From: Candidatus Woesearchaeota archaeon
GTDB lineage: Archaea; Nanobdellota; Nanobdellia; Pacearchaeales; GW2011-AR1
DNA: 64,000 nucleotides
Direction: 5' to 3'
Assembly: GCA_964623495.1 (NCBI GenBank)
Contig: CAZUTV010000002.1
Location: 18,789-82,788 of the forward strand
The notes below the pieces were generated by a model. The model was not told where the DNA came from. It ran no database searches and worked only from the letters and a program-made list of their open reading frames with translations. Position 1 is the first letter of the stretch; each line of letters begins with the position of its first letter. Positions 33,353-43,047 of this stretch are shown piece by piece. The translations under genes and the position numbers were made by a program.

Positions 33353-35632
33353 ATGAAATTCAAAAACGAGGTGCCCCTTTATGCTTACGAGGTACAGAGA
33401 GAGGGAGGGGAAGATATCCTCTATGTTAATTATTTGGGCGCCCCATTCGTTCCTAGTATTGCCGATCATGTGGAAGTAATGGATATGGTTATTGACGCTC
33501 TAATAAAAAATCCAAATGTTTCAAGGGTCGTCTTGGTTCAGCAAAAAAATTACAATTATGGCATAAAGGAAGTTTCGCTACTTTTGGAAATTGCTTCTTT
33601 ATACGTTTATCTTGTAAAGCAGGAGAAGATCCTTTCCCAAGAAAAGATAGGTTCAAGTAGCCCTGCAGAATTTGGCCAGAGATATAGGGATTTATCTAAA
33701 TTTTTGATGCTGTTAAAAAGAGACCCTATCGCCTCTTACTTTGAATTGAAAAGAATTGTTTTGGAAACTAGAGTTTCTTTGGAAAGAGAAAGGAGGCTTG
33801 AACAGGAGAGTTATTTAAGATTTTTAGAAAAGCTGCTTTCTTTAATCGATGCTTCCAAAATTATTCAGGAAGCTAGCCAGTATTTTCAGGATTATGGGTT
33901 GGGAAACAGGGAGATATACAACAAAATCTTGAAAGTAGACATTGTTCCAAATTTTACTTATACGAGATTGGTTTCTGGCTTGCCGGATGATTCGGAAATT
34001 ATTGATCAATATAAAATTGCACAGGAAAGCTATGACGAATCTCTAGTGACTATCTTAAAAAAGAAAGACGAGGCTAAACTTATATATCACCTAGTTCCCC
34101 CAGAAAATGTTTTGAGGGAAGACCATAATCTTCTTCTGAATCTTGGTAAAGAGGTTTTGATAGAGCACCAGCCAAAGGCCGAGGAATTTACTGATACAGG
34201 AAGAACAAGGCAGGTTTTTTTTAATATTGCCAAAGATTTACTGCAAGATCTGGCCCAAAGTCAAGGGATCTTGTTGAATTTCGAAGATTTAAATAAGCTT
34301 GCTACAATTCTTGTCAGACACACTATTGGCTTTGGGGTGATTGAGGTTCTTTTGCAGGACAAGAAGCTGCAGGATATCTCTTTAAACTCGCCAATACCAA
34401 TGACGAATATTTTTGTCAGGCACCAAGACTATGATGAGTGCATTACCAACATCCTCCCAAGTCAGGAGGATGCTGATTCGTGGGCTGCTAAATTTAGAAT
34501 GATCTCTGGGAGACCGTTAGACGAAGCAAATCCGATCTTAGATACTCAACTTGAGATAGGGAAGATAAGTGCAAGAATTGCAATTATCCAGCAACCTTTG
34601 TCTCCCGAAGGGCTTGCTTATGCTCTTAGGAGGCATAGGGAAGAACCATGGACTCTGCCTTTGTTTATTCAAAATAAAATGCTAAATCCGTTTGCTGCAG
34701 GGCTTTTAAGTTTTTTGATAGATGGATCTAGGACTTTGCTTGTTGCAGGAACAAGAAGCAGCGGGAAGACCTCTTTGCTTGGAAGTTTAATGCTTGAAAT
34801 TATTCCGAGGTATAGAATTATTGTTATTGAAGATTCCTTAGAACTGCCTGTAGACTCACTTAGAAAGCTTAAATATGATATTTTAAGGATGAAAGTTAGG
34901 TCTGCTTTGCTTAAGACCACTACAGAGGTTTCTGCGGATGATGGTATTAGAACTAGTTTAAGACTTGGAGATAGCTGCTTAATTATCGGGGAGGTAAGAA
35001 GTGTTGAAGCCAAGGCCCTTTATGAGGCTATGAGGGTTGGAGCTTTAGCGAACGTTGTTGCAGGAACAATACATGGGGCTTCTCCTTACGGTGTTTTTGA
35101 TAGAGTTGTTAATGATCTAGAAGTGCCTGCAACTAGCTTTAAAGCGACAGATATTATTGCGGTCGCAAATCCTATAAAGAGCCCTGATGGATTGCATTCT
35201 TGGAGAAGGATTATACAGCTTGCAGAAGTAAGAAAGCACTGGAAAAACGATCCGCAAGAAGAGAAGGGCTTTGTTGATTTGTTGAGATATAATGTGGAGA
35301 AAGATGGGTTGGAGGCAAGCGATGATCTGATTAATGGGGATAGCGAGGTTATTAAAAGCATCGCGGCGAATGTAAAAGGATGGGCGGGAAACTGGGACGC
35401 TGTTTACGATAATATTCTTCTAAGAGCTAAAATAAAAAAAGAGATAGTTGATGTGGCAAACAAGCTTGGGAATTTAAGGTTGTTGGAAGCAGAGTTTAAT
35501 GTTCTTAGCAGCGACGCTTTTCATAAAATTTCAGATGAAGTTAGGCAGGAAATTGGATTGCCTTTGTCTGAAAGAGTATTCCCTGCATGGCAAAGCTGGC
35601 TGAATAAGAAGATAAAGGGCAGAAAAATATAG
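33353..35632 (+). CDS. Type IV pilus/archaellum-type secretion ATPase (FlaI/PilB/GspE family) with long N-terminal extension
   Basis: 759 aa. Walker A is VAGTRSSGKTS, the Asp box is IIVIEDSLEL, and the His-box region is GEVRSVEAKALYEAMRVG...GTIHGASP. Confidence 0.8.
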   Translation: MKFKNEVPLYAYEVQREGGEDILYVNYLGAPFVPSIADHVEVMDMVIDALIKNPNVSRVVLVQQKNYNYGIKEVSLLLEIASLYVYLVKQEKILSQEKIGSSSPAEFGQRYRDLSKFLMLLKRDPIASYFELKRIVLETRVSLERERRLEQESYLRFLEKLLSLIDASKIIQEASQYFQDYGLGNREIYNKILKVDIVPNFTYTRLVSGLPDDSEIIDQYKIAQESYDESLVTILKKKDEAKLIYHLVPPENVLREDHNLLLNLGKEVLIEHQPKAEEFTDTGRTRQVFFNIAKDLLQDLAQSQGILLNFEDLNKLATILVRHTIGFGVIEVLLQDKKLQDISLNSPIPMTNIFVRHQDYDECITNILPSQEDADSWAAKFRMISGRPLDEANPILDTQLEIGKISARIAIIQQPLSPEGLAYALRRHREEPWTLPLFIQNKMLNPFAAGLLSFLIDGSRTLLVAGTRSSGKTSLLGSLMLEIIPRYRIIVIEDSLELPVDSLRKLKYDILRMKVRSALLKTTTEVSADDGIRTSLRLGDSCLIIGEVRSVEAKALYEAMRVGALANVVAGTIHGASPYGVFDRVVNDLEVPATSFKATDIIAVANPIKSPDGLHSWRRIIQLAEVRKHWKNDPQEEKGFVDLLRYNVEKDGLEASDDLINGDSEVIKSIAANVKGWAGNWDAVYDNILLRAKIKKEIVDVANKLGNLRLLEAEFNVLSSDAFHKISDEVRQEIGLPLSERVFPAWQSWLNKKIKGRKI

Positions 35633-35662
35633 CTTTATAAACAAAAAGAGCTTTTTTTATTA

Positions 35663-36679
35663 ATGCGTAAATTATTGTGGAATTTTGTTTCCTTTGCAGT
35701 CATTATCTTCCTTCTGTGGCTTGTTTTGAAGGATATTAGCTTTAAGGATGTTTATCTGCTGCTTAAAATTGCAGATCTAAAATATATCTCTCTTGCTGTT
35801 TTTGCAACTCTTCTGACTTTTATTGTTTGGGCAGTAAGGTGGTCATATTTATTTACCGGCCTTTTTAAGGGAGATTTTATGTTCTTGCTTCACCTCTTAC
35901 TTGCCGGGGCTTTTTTTAATACAATAACTCCTGGAGCAGGAATTGGAGGAGAGCCTTTTAGAGCGCATTTTTTATCCAAGAGGTATAAAAAATCTAGGGC
36001 AGTTATGCTGGCGTATGTCTTGGCAGATAAATTCTTTCAACTCATTGTTTTAGGCGTATTTGCTGTTTTTTCTATTTTATTCCTTTTTGTTTATGTAAAG
36101 ATGTCTAACACCTTGAAATATGTTCTGGAAGGAATACTGATCTTTGTAGTGATTTTTGCCGGAACAACCATCTATCTTACTATTAAAAAGTTAAATTTTA
36201 ATCTCGGAAATTTCTCGAGGAAATTTCATTTCTTCAGATTCCTGAGGAAGAGATTTAAGACTGCAGACCATTTGGAAGACTTTGTAAACAAGAAGATAAG
36301 GGTCTTTGCGAGAGTTTTTAGATCTTCTGTTAAAAACAAGAAAACAATGTTTTGGGCGTTTTTCTTGGCTGTTTTGTTTTGGATGTTTAATTTCCTTACT
36401 ACCTATTTCTTATTTTTGGCTTTTGATTTTAATGTTAACTTTCTTTCAGTAATCATTGTTGTAACTCTTGGAAATCTGATTGGTGCTTTAGCAATGCTTC
36501 CTGGAGGAATAGCTGTTACAGAGATTAGCATGACCCTATTATTTTCTGCCATGGGCATTATTTTGCCTATAGCCTTGCTCGCTTCTTTTCTTACTAGGAT
36601 AATTTATTACTTTTTTAGTTTAGTCATTGGAGGTTTTAGTTTGCTTTATATTAGGAGACTCGTTAATTCCAAGAAGTAG
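35663..36679 (+). CDS. UPF0104 / LPG-synthase-TM (flippase-like) family membrane protein
   Basis: 338 aa. Its N-terminal MRKLLWNFVSFAVIIFLLWLVLKDISFKDVYLLLKIADL...VRW pattern, with about 8 TM helices, is typical of this family. Confidence 0.55.
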   Translation: MRKLLWNFVSFAVIIFLLWLVLKDISFKDVYLLLKIADLKYISLAVFATLLTFIVWAVRWSYLFTGLFKGDFMFLLHLLLAGAFFNTITPGAGIGGEPFRAHFLSKRYKKSRAVMLAYVLADKFFQLIVLGVFAVFSILFLFVYVKMSNTLKYVLEGILIFVVIFAGTTIYLTIKKLNFNLGNFSRKFHFFRFLRKRFKTADHLEDFVNKKIRVFARVFRSSVKNKKTMFWAFFLAVLFWMFNFLTTYFLFLAFDFNVNFLSVIIVVTLGNLIGALAMLPGGIAVTEISMTLLFSAMGIILPIALLASFLTRIIYYFFSLVIGGFSLLYIRRLVNSKK

Positions 36680-36732
36680 TTTTTTCTAAACATTTATTAA
36701 TTGTTTTTACTACCTTTAGAAGAGGTGATTGT

Positions 36733-38952
36733 ATGGTCTATAAAGATCCAAGAATACAGGATATTCTGAAAAAATATAGTGCTAGAATAGAATCTCAAAT
36801 TAATACTTCTAACGCTTCTGGAGGCAATTACAGCAACGAGTATTTGAAATTTAAGGAAGAGTTGGCGCCAGACTTAACTAAATATGAGCGGTGGTGCTAT
36901 GGTTTGGGAAGTTTCATCAAACTACAAGTATCAAAGAAAGATCAGGATGAAGTTAGTAAGCACCTGCAAGCTGCGCATTTAGATGTTGAGCCATGGCAGG
37001 CCTTAACTTTGGCGGTTATGGCTTTTTTAGGAATTTTCTTTATTGGATTATTTGGGTCTTTGGGGGTTGCGATAATCAACGGAGGGGGCGAGGGAATAAG
37101 CGGAATAGCTACAAACTTCCCCTTTTTCTTTTTCATCTTAATGTTGATATTGGCTTTGTTTGTTTTTTATTTTGTCAAGGCTTATCCTGCAAGACTTGCC
37201 AATAAGTGGAGACTTAAGGCTTCTTCTCAAATGGTGCCGGCGATACTTTATGTGGTTGTTTATATGAGGCATACCCCTAATTTAGAGAAAGCAGTAGCTT
37301 TTGCCGCAGAGCATTTGCAGGAGCCTCTTTCTTTAGACTTTAAAAAAGTTTTTTATGATGTCGAGATTGGAAAGTTTCCAACCATAAAAGATAGTTTAGA
37401 TAACTATCTTGAGGGCTGGAGGGACTATTCTACAGAGTTTATAGAGGCATTTCATCTAATCGAGAGCAGTCTCTTTGAACTAGATAACTCAAGAAGAATT
37501 GCTACTTTGGAGAAATCTCTGCAGGTGGTTTTAGACGGGGTTTATGATAAAATGCTTAAGTTTACTCACGGTGTGAGAAGCCCTTTGACTAATGTTTACA
37601 TGCTTGGAGTAGTTTTACCAACTCTCGGCCTTGCGTTATTACCTTTGGCCTCTGCAATGATCGGAAAAACATTTACTTGGCATCATGTTTTCATTATTTT
37701 TAATTTAATTGTCCCTTTTGTAGTTTTTTATCTTACGGATAAGATTATGTTTTTAAGGCCTGGAGGATATGGGGAGACTACTCTTTTAGAAAAAAATCCG
37801 TTTTATTATCAGTACAAAGATAACTCCCACTACTTTAATGCTTTTTTGATTTGTCTGCCATTTTTTATTATTGGATTATTGCCTTTGATCTTTCAGTTTA
37901 CCCCTATCCCTGATGTGCTGGGTTTGGAAAAGGATTATACTTTCTCAAAATTGGGATTGGGTTTCCTAGGTGAAGATCAGAAACTCTTTGGTTTTGAGGT
38001 AGATGAAGACGGGAGTACTGTCGGTCCTTTCGGGATTGGAGCATTAATCTTAGGAATGTTTCTTCCTTTAGGAATTGCCCTCTTTTTTTCTATTGCGTAT
38101 CAAGATAAAACAAGGATTATCATTGTTGAAAGAGAAAAAACAAAGCAACTTGAAGACGAATTTAATAATTCTTTATTCCAGCTTGGAAATAGGATTGGGA
38201 ATGGGGCTCCGCCGGAATTAGCTTTTGGGATGGTTGCGGGTTCTTCAAAAGGGCTTGTTACTGAGGAATTCTTTCAAAGAGTGAATTACAATGTCAAGCA
38301 AATGGGAATGGACGTTGATAAAGCGATATTTGATCAAAAAAGAGGAGCTTTAATCTACTTTCCCTCTGATCTTATTGCAACAAGTATGAGGGTATTAATT
38401 GAGTCTGCAAAAAAAGGATTAAACATCGCTGCAACAAGTCTTATGAGCATCTCCCAATATGTTAAGAATATCCAAAAAATAACAGTTCGGCTTAAGGACA
38501 TGCTTGCGGAAATTGTTTCTGATATGAAAAGCAATATGACTTTTTTAGCCCCTTTGCTCGCAGGAATTGTTGTTGGACTTGCAGCAATGATTACATCCAT
38601 ACTTACAACTTTGGAAAAACTTAATGTGAGTGGAGAGAGTATAGATATCGGGTTTACGAGTCTTCCAGAGCTGGTGAAGTTCTTTGAAGTTAATGCAATG
38701 GTCCCTCCGTATTACTTACAGATAATTGTGGGAATCTATCTCATACAGATAATTTTCATTTTAAGTAGGACTCTCGTTACTATTGATTCAGGAGAGGATA
38801 AGCTTGAGAGAGTAAACAAAACAGGAAAGAATCTTCAAGGGGGGATTGTTCTTTATTTCTTTACGGCACTATTTGCAACCTTTGCATTATTCCTTCTGAC
38901 TGCTTTTGTCCTGGCAGGATTAACCTCTGGTTTGATTTTGCCATTTATCTAA
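36733..38952 (+). CDS. FlaJ/TadC-like pilus assembly platform membrane protein
   Basis: 739-aa polytopic membrane protein. Two cytoplasmic GspF-like domains (about residues 150-290 and 470-600) are separated by TM bundles. It is adjacent to the ATPase and the pilin genes. Confidence 0.6.
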   Translation: MVYKDPRIQDILKKYSARIESQINTSNASGGNYSNEYLKFKEELAPDLTKYERWCYGLGSFIKLQVSKKDQDEVSKHLQAAHLDVEPWQALTLAVMAFLGIFFIGLFGSLGVAIINGGGEGISGIATNFPFFFFILMLILALFVFYFVKAYPARLANKWRLKASSQMVPAILYVVVYMRHTPNLEKAVAFAAEHLQEPLSLDFKKVFYDVEIGKFPTIKDSLDNYLEGWRDYSTEFIEAFHLIESSLFELDNSRRIATLEKSLQVVLDGVYDKMLKFTHGVRSPLTNVYMLGVVLPTLGLALLPLASAMIGKTFTWHHVFIIFNLIVPFVVFYLTDKIMFLRPGGYGETTLLEKNPFYYQYKDNSHYFNAFLICLPFFIIGLLPLIFQFTPIPDVLGLEKDYTFSKLGLGFLGEDQKLFGFEVDEDGSTVGPFGIGALILGMFLPLGIALFFSIAYQDKTRIIIVEREKTKQLEDEFNNSLFQLGNRIGNGAPPELAFGMVAGSSKGLVTEEFFQRVNYNVKQMGMDVDKAIFDQKRGALIYFPSDLIATSMRVLIESAKKGLNIAATSLMSISQYVKNIQKITVRLKDMLAEIVSDMKSNMTFLAPLLAGIVVGLAAMITSILTTLEKLNVSGESIDIGFTSLPELVKFFEVNAMVPPYYLQIIVGIYLIQIIFILSRTLVTIDSGEDKLERVNKTGKNLQGGIVLYFFTALFATFALFLLTAFVLAGLTSGLILPFI

Positions 38953-38988
38953 AGCTAGGTTTATAAAGTTCTCTGAATTCTTGTTTTT

Positions 38989-39147
38989 ATGAAAGAAAGG
39001 GGCAATAAAAAAGGCGTTATTACCGAATATCTGCCTTGGATACTCATTGCTTTGGCAGTTTTGGCAATATTAGTTATATCTGCTTTAATCTTAAAAGAAA
39101 AGGGAATAGATATTATTCAGAAAATAAAAGACCTTTTTAGGAGTTAA
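38989..39147 (+). CDS. Small pilin-like/TM protein (52 aa)
   Basis: MKERGNKKGVITEYLPWILIALAVLAILVISALILKEKGIDIIQKIKDLFRS: basic N-terminus followed by a hydrophobic helix. It is below the ORF-track threshold. Confidence 0.35.
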   Translation: MKERGNKKGVITEYLPWILIALAVLAILVISALILKEKGIDIIQKIKDLFRS

Positions 39148-39197
39148 AAAAGAAGATGATAAAGCAAAAGACTCATCGCTTCATTTTAAATACAAAA

Positions 39198-39219
39198 AGG
39201 GAAAATGAAAGATGAGTGA
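39198..39219 (+). promoter_or_regulatory. Conserved leader element AGGGAAAATGAAAGATGAGTGA (copy B)
   Basis: The 20/22-nt match to 8609-8633 includes the mini-ORF MKDE-stop overlapping the start codon. The about 35-nt promoter-like unit upstream (cgcttcattttaaatacaaaaagggaaa) recurs at 39383-39418. Confidence 0.45.
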
Positions 39220-39373
39220 GTTAACTATAGAACAGCTTATAAAAATAATAATCGGGATTTTAGTTGTTGTTGCTGTTGTTCTTGGGATTTATATGTTCTT
39301 TAGGGACCAGGTTTGGTCTTTCTTTAAAAATATCTTTGGGGGAGAGGAAAAATTAATTTTAGCATTAAGATGA
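39212..39373 (+). CDS. Small pilin-like/TM protein (53 aa)
   Basis: MSELTIEQLIKIIIGILVVVAVVLGIYMFFRDQVWSFFKNIFGGEEKLILALR, preceded by the conserved leader element (copy B, 39198-39219). Confidence 0.35.
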   Translation: MSELTIEQLIKIIIGILVVVAVVLGIYMFFRDQVWSFFKNIFGGEEKLILALR

Positions 39374-39428
39374 AAAGTCACGAAACTTATCGCTTCATTT
39401 TAAATACAAAAAAGGGAAATGGAAGAAG

Positions 39429-39878
39429 ATGACAAAGCAAAAGCGCGGAGGAGTTTTTTTGTTGGAAGAAACATTGCGAATACTAATCGCCGCTTTGATT
39501 ATTGGGGGGTTGTTCTACATACTTATCTCATTGTATATCTCAAATGCAAATAAAAAAGCTTTGGATCAGGCCGAGTCGACTCTTAACTACATTCTTCAAG
39601 AAGCCAATGCCGGCAACACCACTCTTGAGGTTTATAATCCTAAGGGATGGTATCTCTTAAGCTGGCCACATGAAGTTAGAAAAAGATTGGAGATGCCAAA
39701 GTCCTGTTCTAATCTTGGTTGGGTTAAATGTTTATGCATCTGTGAAGAAGAAGGGGGGGACGAATGTGACGAGCTCGGGAAATGTGTTGAGAGCAGCTTG
39801 GGTGTAAGGGGATATAAAATAGAAATAAAGCCCCCGATGGTCTTGGAAATTAAAAGCAATGTTATTGAAATAAAATGA
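39429..39878 (+). CDS. Type IV pilin-like protein (class III signal peptide, Cys-rich C-terminal domain)
   Basis: 149 aa. MTKQKRGGVFLLEETLRILIAALIIGGLFYILISLYI shows a basic N-terminus then a hydrophobic helix; the C-terminus has 6 Cys. Confidence 0.55.
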   Translation: MTKQKRGGVFLLEETLRILIAALIIGGLFYILISLYISNANKKALDQAESTLNYILQEANAGNTTLEVYNPKGWYLLSWPHEVRKRLEMPKSCSNLGWVKCLCICEEEGGDECDELGKCVESSLGVRGYKIEIKPPMVLEIKSNVIEIK

Positions 39879-39976
39879 ATTTAGATGATATTTTGAAGTA
39901 TGCGTCTTGGATAGCTTTTTTTATAGTAGCCTTTTTAGGCATTTATCTGCTGATGAAAGGTATAGGGGTACTTTAA

Positions 39977-40723
39977 ATGAAAATTTCGATTGCCAAAAAA
40001 GCTGAGATGACGACGGCACAAATAGTTGAAGTGACTTTTGCAATTTTGAGCTTTGGAGTCATCATGATAGTTCTTTTTTTCTTAAATCCTGCAGAGGTAG
40101 AGGCAAAAGAGCTCTGTCATCATTCTGTCCTCTCAAATTCTCGATCTATTGGATTAGCTGGGCCATTAGATTGTAAAACAAGTTATGTTTGTATTTCTGC
40201 AGGGGAAAACTGCGAAGGGTTTAATTCTGAAACCAGCAGGCAGATAAACTTAAAGGGAAGCGAGAAGGAGAAAAAGGACGCGGTTATGGAAGCAATTGCA
40301 GAAGAGATGGGCGATTGTTGGTGGATGTTTGGAGAAGGAAAAGTTGATTACGGGAAAAATTTCGGTACCTCTTTAAAATGTTCTATATGCTCGATAATTA
40401 AATTTGACTCCAGTATTACGAGCGAGTTTTCTAAGATAAGTTATATGGACCTTTATGCTTATCTGGAAGAAGCTCAAAAAGACAAGGAGCAAACATATTT
40501 GGAATATCTTTATGGAGTCAAGATACTTAGGTCTCTAAAAATTCCTAGTGAGTTTAGCATTAACATAAATAAAGATGAGATAAATACTAGCGAGAGATAT
40601 TCGATAATCACCGGAATTGATGATAACTTTTTTTTAAGCGATGAACTGATGGAGGTTGTCATAGTTCCAACCAAGAAGACAAGCTCTTTGGTTAAATGCG
40701 GGGAATTTTTAACTAGGGCCTAA
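39977..40723 (+). CDS. Pilin-like protein
   Basis: 248 aa with an N-terminal TM helix and a Cys-containing extracellular domain. Confidence 0.5.
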   Translation: MKISIAKKAEMTTAQIVEVTFAILSFGVIMIVLFFLNPAEVEAKELCHHSVLSNSRSIGLAGPLDCKTSYVCISAGENCEGFNSETSRQINLKGSEKEKKDAVMEAIAEEMGDCWWMFGEGKVDYGKNFGTSLKCSICSIIKFDSSITSEFSKISYMDLYAYLEEAQKDKEQTYLEYLYGVKILRSLKIPSEFSININKDEINTSERYSIITGIDDNFFLSDELMEVVIVPTKKTSSLVKCGEFLTRA

Positions 40724-40724
40724 A

Positions 40725-41114
40725 ATGATTTCAAGGAAAGCAAATATTTTGCAGGAAAATCTTGTATTCTCTCTACTTAATTTTGCTTTTTTCGCTATAT
40801 TGATTGTCTTTATTTATTCTAGGACCGGAGATCCTTCTATATTAGAAGAGAAATATTCTAAGCAAATTGCGATGATGATTGATGCCGCTAAGCCAGGAAT
40901 GCTTATTTCTTTTGATATGAAAGAAGTCTTAGACGCCTCAAAAAAGCAGAATTGGGAGAGGGATAAAATAGTTAGCTTTGAGGGCAATTCTATTAGGGTT
41001 CAGCTTAAGAAAGATGGAGGATATACATATCATTTTTTTAATGATGTATCTCCTGTTGCCGATCTTCTTCCTAATGGGATATTAGAAATTAAAATAAAGG
41101 ATAAAAGTAAATGA
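40725..41114 (+). CDS. Pilin-like protein
   Basis: 129 aa with an N-terminal hydrophobic helix; its start abuts the upstream stop. Confidence 0.5.
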   Translation: MISRKANILQENLVFSLLNFAFFAILIVFIYSRTGDPSILEEKYSKQIAMMIDAAKPGMLISFDMKEVLDASKKQNWERDKIVSFEGNSIRVQLKKDGGYTYHFFNDVSPVADLLPNGILEIKIKDKSK

Positions 41115-41584
41115 AAAATAAGAAAGGGACAGATAAGATACTCTCGATTTATTGGTTTACCATCTTAGTAATTTCAGCCCTGGCTATTGTTTATATGGTG
41201 GCAATCTTTTACGGGAGGCCTTATGATGTAAGGGCTATAGAGGGCAATTTACTCCTGAATAAAGTTTCTGAGTGTTTAATGAATGGAAGTTATCTTAGAG
41301 CAGATTTTCAAGATCAGGAATTCAAGGACCATTTTTTAGACGAATGTAACCTAACTTTTAAAACAGAGGATTCTTTTGGGTGGAGAGACGATCAGTATTA
41401 CATTTCCCTTCCTGGTCTCGGAATTTCTGCAGGAAATGAAAACCTTGCTTTTATCTGCTCTTCAGATTTGAACAATAATCCTTTCTGCATCGAGAAGACC
41501 TTTTATGCTCTAAGCCAGAACAAGTCAAACTTTACTTTAAGTCTTTTTGTTTCTGTAAGAAAAACAGAAAAAAATTTCAGATGA
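41111..41584 (+). CDS. Pilin-like protein
   Basis: 157 aa with an N-terminal hydrophobic helix; 4-nt overlap with the upstream gene. Confidence 0.5.
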   Translation: MKNKKGTDKILSIYWFTILVISALAIVYMVAIFYGRPYDVRAIEGNLLLNKVSECLMNGSYLRADFQDQEFKDHFLDECNLTFKTEDSFGWRDDQYYISLPGLGISAGNENLAFICSSDLNNNPFCIEKTFYALSQNKSNFTLSLFVSVRKTEKNFR

Positions 41585-42123
41585 TGAAGAGAAACGCACA
41601 AATAGGATCAGGGATCACTTGGATAGTAGCAACTTTCGTTATTCTTGTGATTCTTGCAGGAGGGATTTTTATGGCCCAGGGGTTTGGAAAAACAAAATCT
41701 CTTTTGGGATGGGAAAAAAATAGCGTTTATATGAAGATTTCAGATAGGACGTTAGAAATTTCCATTAATTCTTATTTGTTGACTGAAGGGACTGATGGAA
41801 AAACCTTTTATGACAGAATAAGAAACGGGGGCAATTTAGATTCCGTTAATGGAGAGGCTGCCCAGAAAATTTTTTCAAATTCTAGCTGGAAAGAGTATTC
41901 CAGAATCTGGGTCGGGGTTAGTTCTGCCCCTGGGGATCAGTTTGTTGGAAAAGACAACCCTTTTTTCGGGGGAAAACCAAGGAATCCTGTTATTGGAGAT
42001 CCTGCATTAGGAGATTTGGAGTTAATTCCTGGATTAACTTACATCTCAAGTTCTAGGTGGCTTAAGGATAAAGATTTTTTTCAAGTATTTTCAAATAAGA
42101 AATTAAATTTTGGAAACCCTTAA
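41581..42123 (+). CDS. Pilin-like protein
   Basis: 180 aa with an N-terminal hydrophobic helix; 4-nt overlap with the upstream gene. Confidence 0.5.
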   Translation: MMKRNAQIGSGITWIVATFVILVILAGGIFMAQGFGKTKSLLGWEKNSVYMKISDRTLEISINSYLLTEGTDGKTFYDRIRNGGNLDSVNGEAAQKIFSNSSWKEYSRIWVGVSSAPGDQFVGKDNPFFGGKPRNPVIGDPALGDLELIPGLTYISSSRWLKDKDFFQVFSNKKLNFGNP

Positions 42124-42444
42124 ATGAAAGAAGTTTTCAACTCAAAAAAAGCAGATATTCCTGTAATGATCTTAGTTATAGGGATATTGGCCGTTACCGC
42201 AGTCGCCATACTCAGTTTTATTTTTGTAATTAATAAATACTCCAAGTCTTTTTCAGGATATGAGTTTGTTGAAGAAGCAAATTCAAGAATTGATAAATAT
42301 TACTTTTACAAAAATGCAGGTTTGTCTACAAATAGTATAGATTCCCTGTTGGGTCTAAACTTTGACAGAAATAGTGGAAAAAGATATATTAAAATCGGCA
42401 AAAGCGATGACAGCATTTCGGTTGTCTATGTTCTTCCGGATTAA
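42124..42444 (+). CDS. Pilin-like protein
   Basis: 106 aa with an N-terminal hydrophobic helix. Confidence 0.5.
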   Translation: MKEVFNSKKADIPVMILVIGILAVTAVAILSFIFVINKYSKSFSGYEFVEEANSRIDKYYFYKNAGLSTNSIDSLLGLNFDRNSGKRYIKIGKSDDSISVVYVLPD

Positions 42445-42482
42445 ATGAAAACCTTTTTAAACACAAGTATATTCTTTTATCT

Positions 42483-42809
42483 ATGATGAATAAAAAGGGG
42501 CAGGAGATGTCTACTAATACAATCATTTTGATTATTTTGGGATTGATTATTCTCGTTATTCTTGCCCTTGGATTTAGTCTTGGGTGGGATAAAATTCTCC
42601 CATTCATTAAGCAGGATAATAATGTTAAAGAAGTTGTGAGCGCCTGTCAGATAGCCTGTACACAACAAAGTGTTTATGATTTTTGCACAAAGAAACTGGA
42701 CTTGAAGGTTGGTAAAGGCACCTTTAAGGAATCCTGCACAGAATTTGCAGCAAACCCAGATTATGGAGAGTATGGGATTGCAACGTGCCCTGGATTGCCT
42801 TGTCCTTGA
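42483..42809 (+). CDS. Pilin-like protein with Cys-rich C-terminus
   Basis: 108 aa with an N-terminal hydrophobic helix and 6 Cys in the C-terminal 50 aa. Confidence 0.5.
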   Translation: MMNKKGQEMSTNTIILIILGLIILVILALGFSLGWDKILPFIKQDNNVKEVVSACQIACTQQSVYDFCTKKLDLKVGKGTFKESCTEFAANPDYGEYGIATCPGLPCP

Positions 42810-43047
42810 TTTTTTGGTTTGATTAATTAACTTCTAGCATATTAATTGCGAGCTTTAGCGAGCCAAATATATTTAAACTTTTTTTTGCTTAATGAAACAT
42901 GGATTACGGATTTTCTGATAGAAGGAACAAAGGGAAGGATAAGAAAAAGAATAGAAAGAAGCACCCGTATCGAAAAGGGGGAGCAAAGAGAAGCTTGGAA
43001 TTTTGATTTCTAGTTAAATTAATAAACAATTTCTTCTTAAATATAAA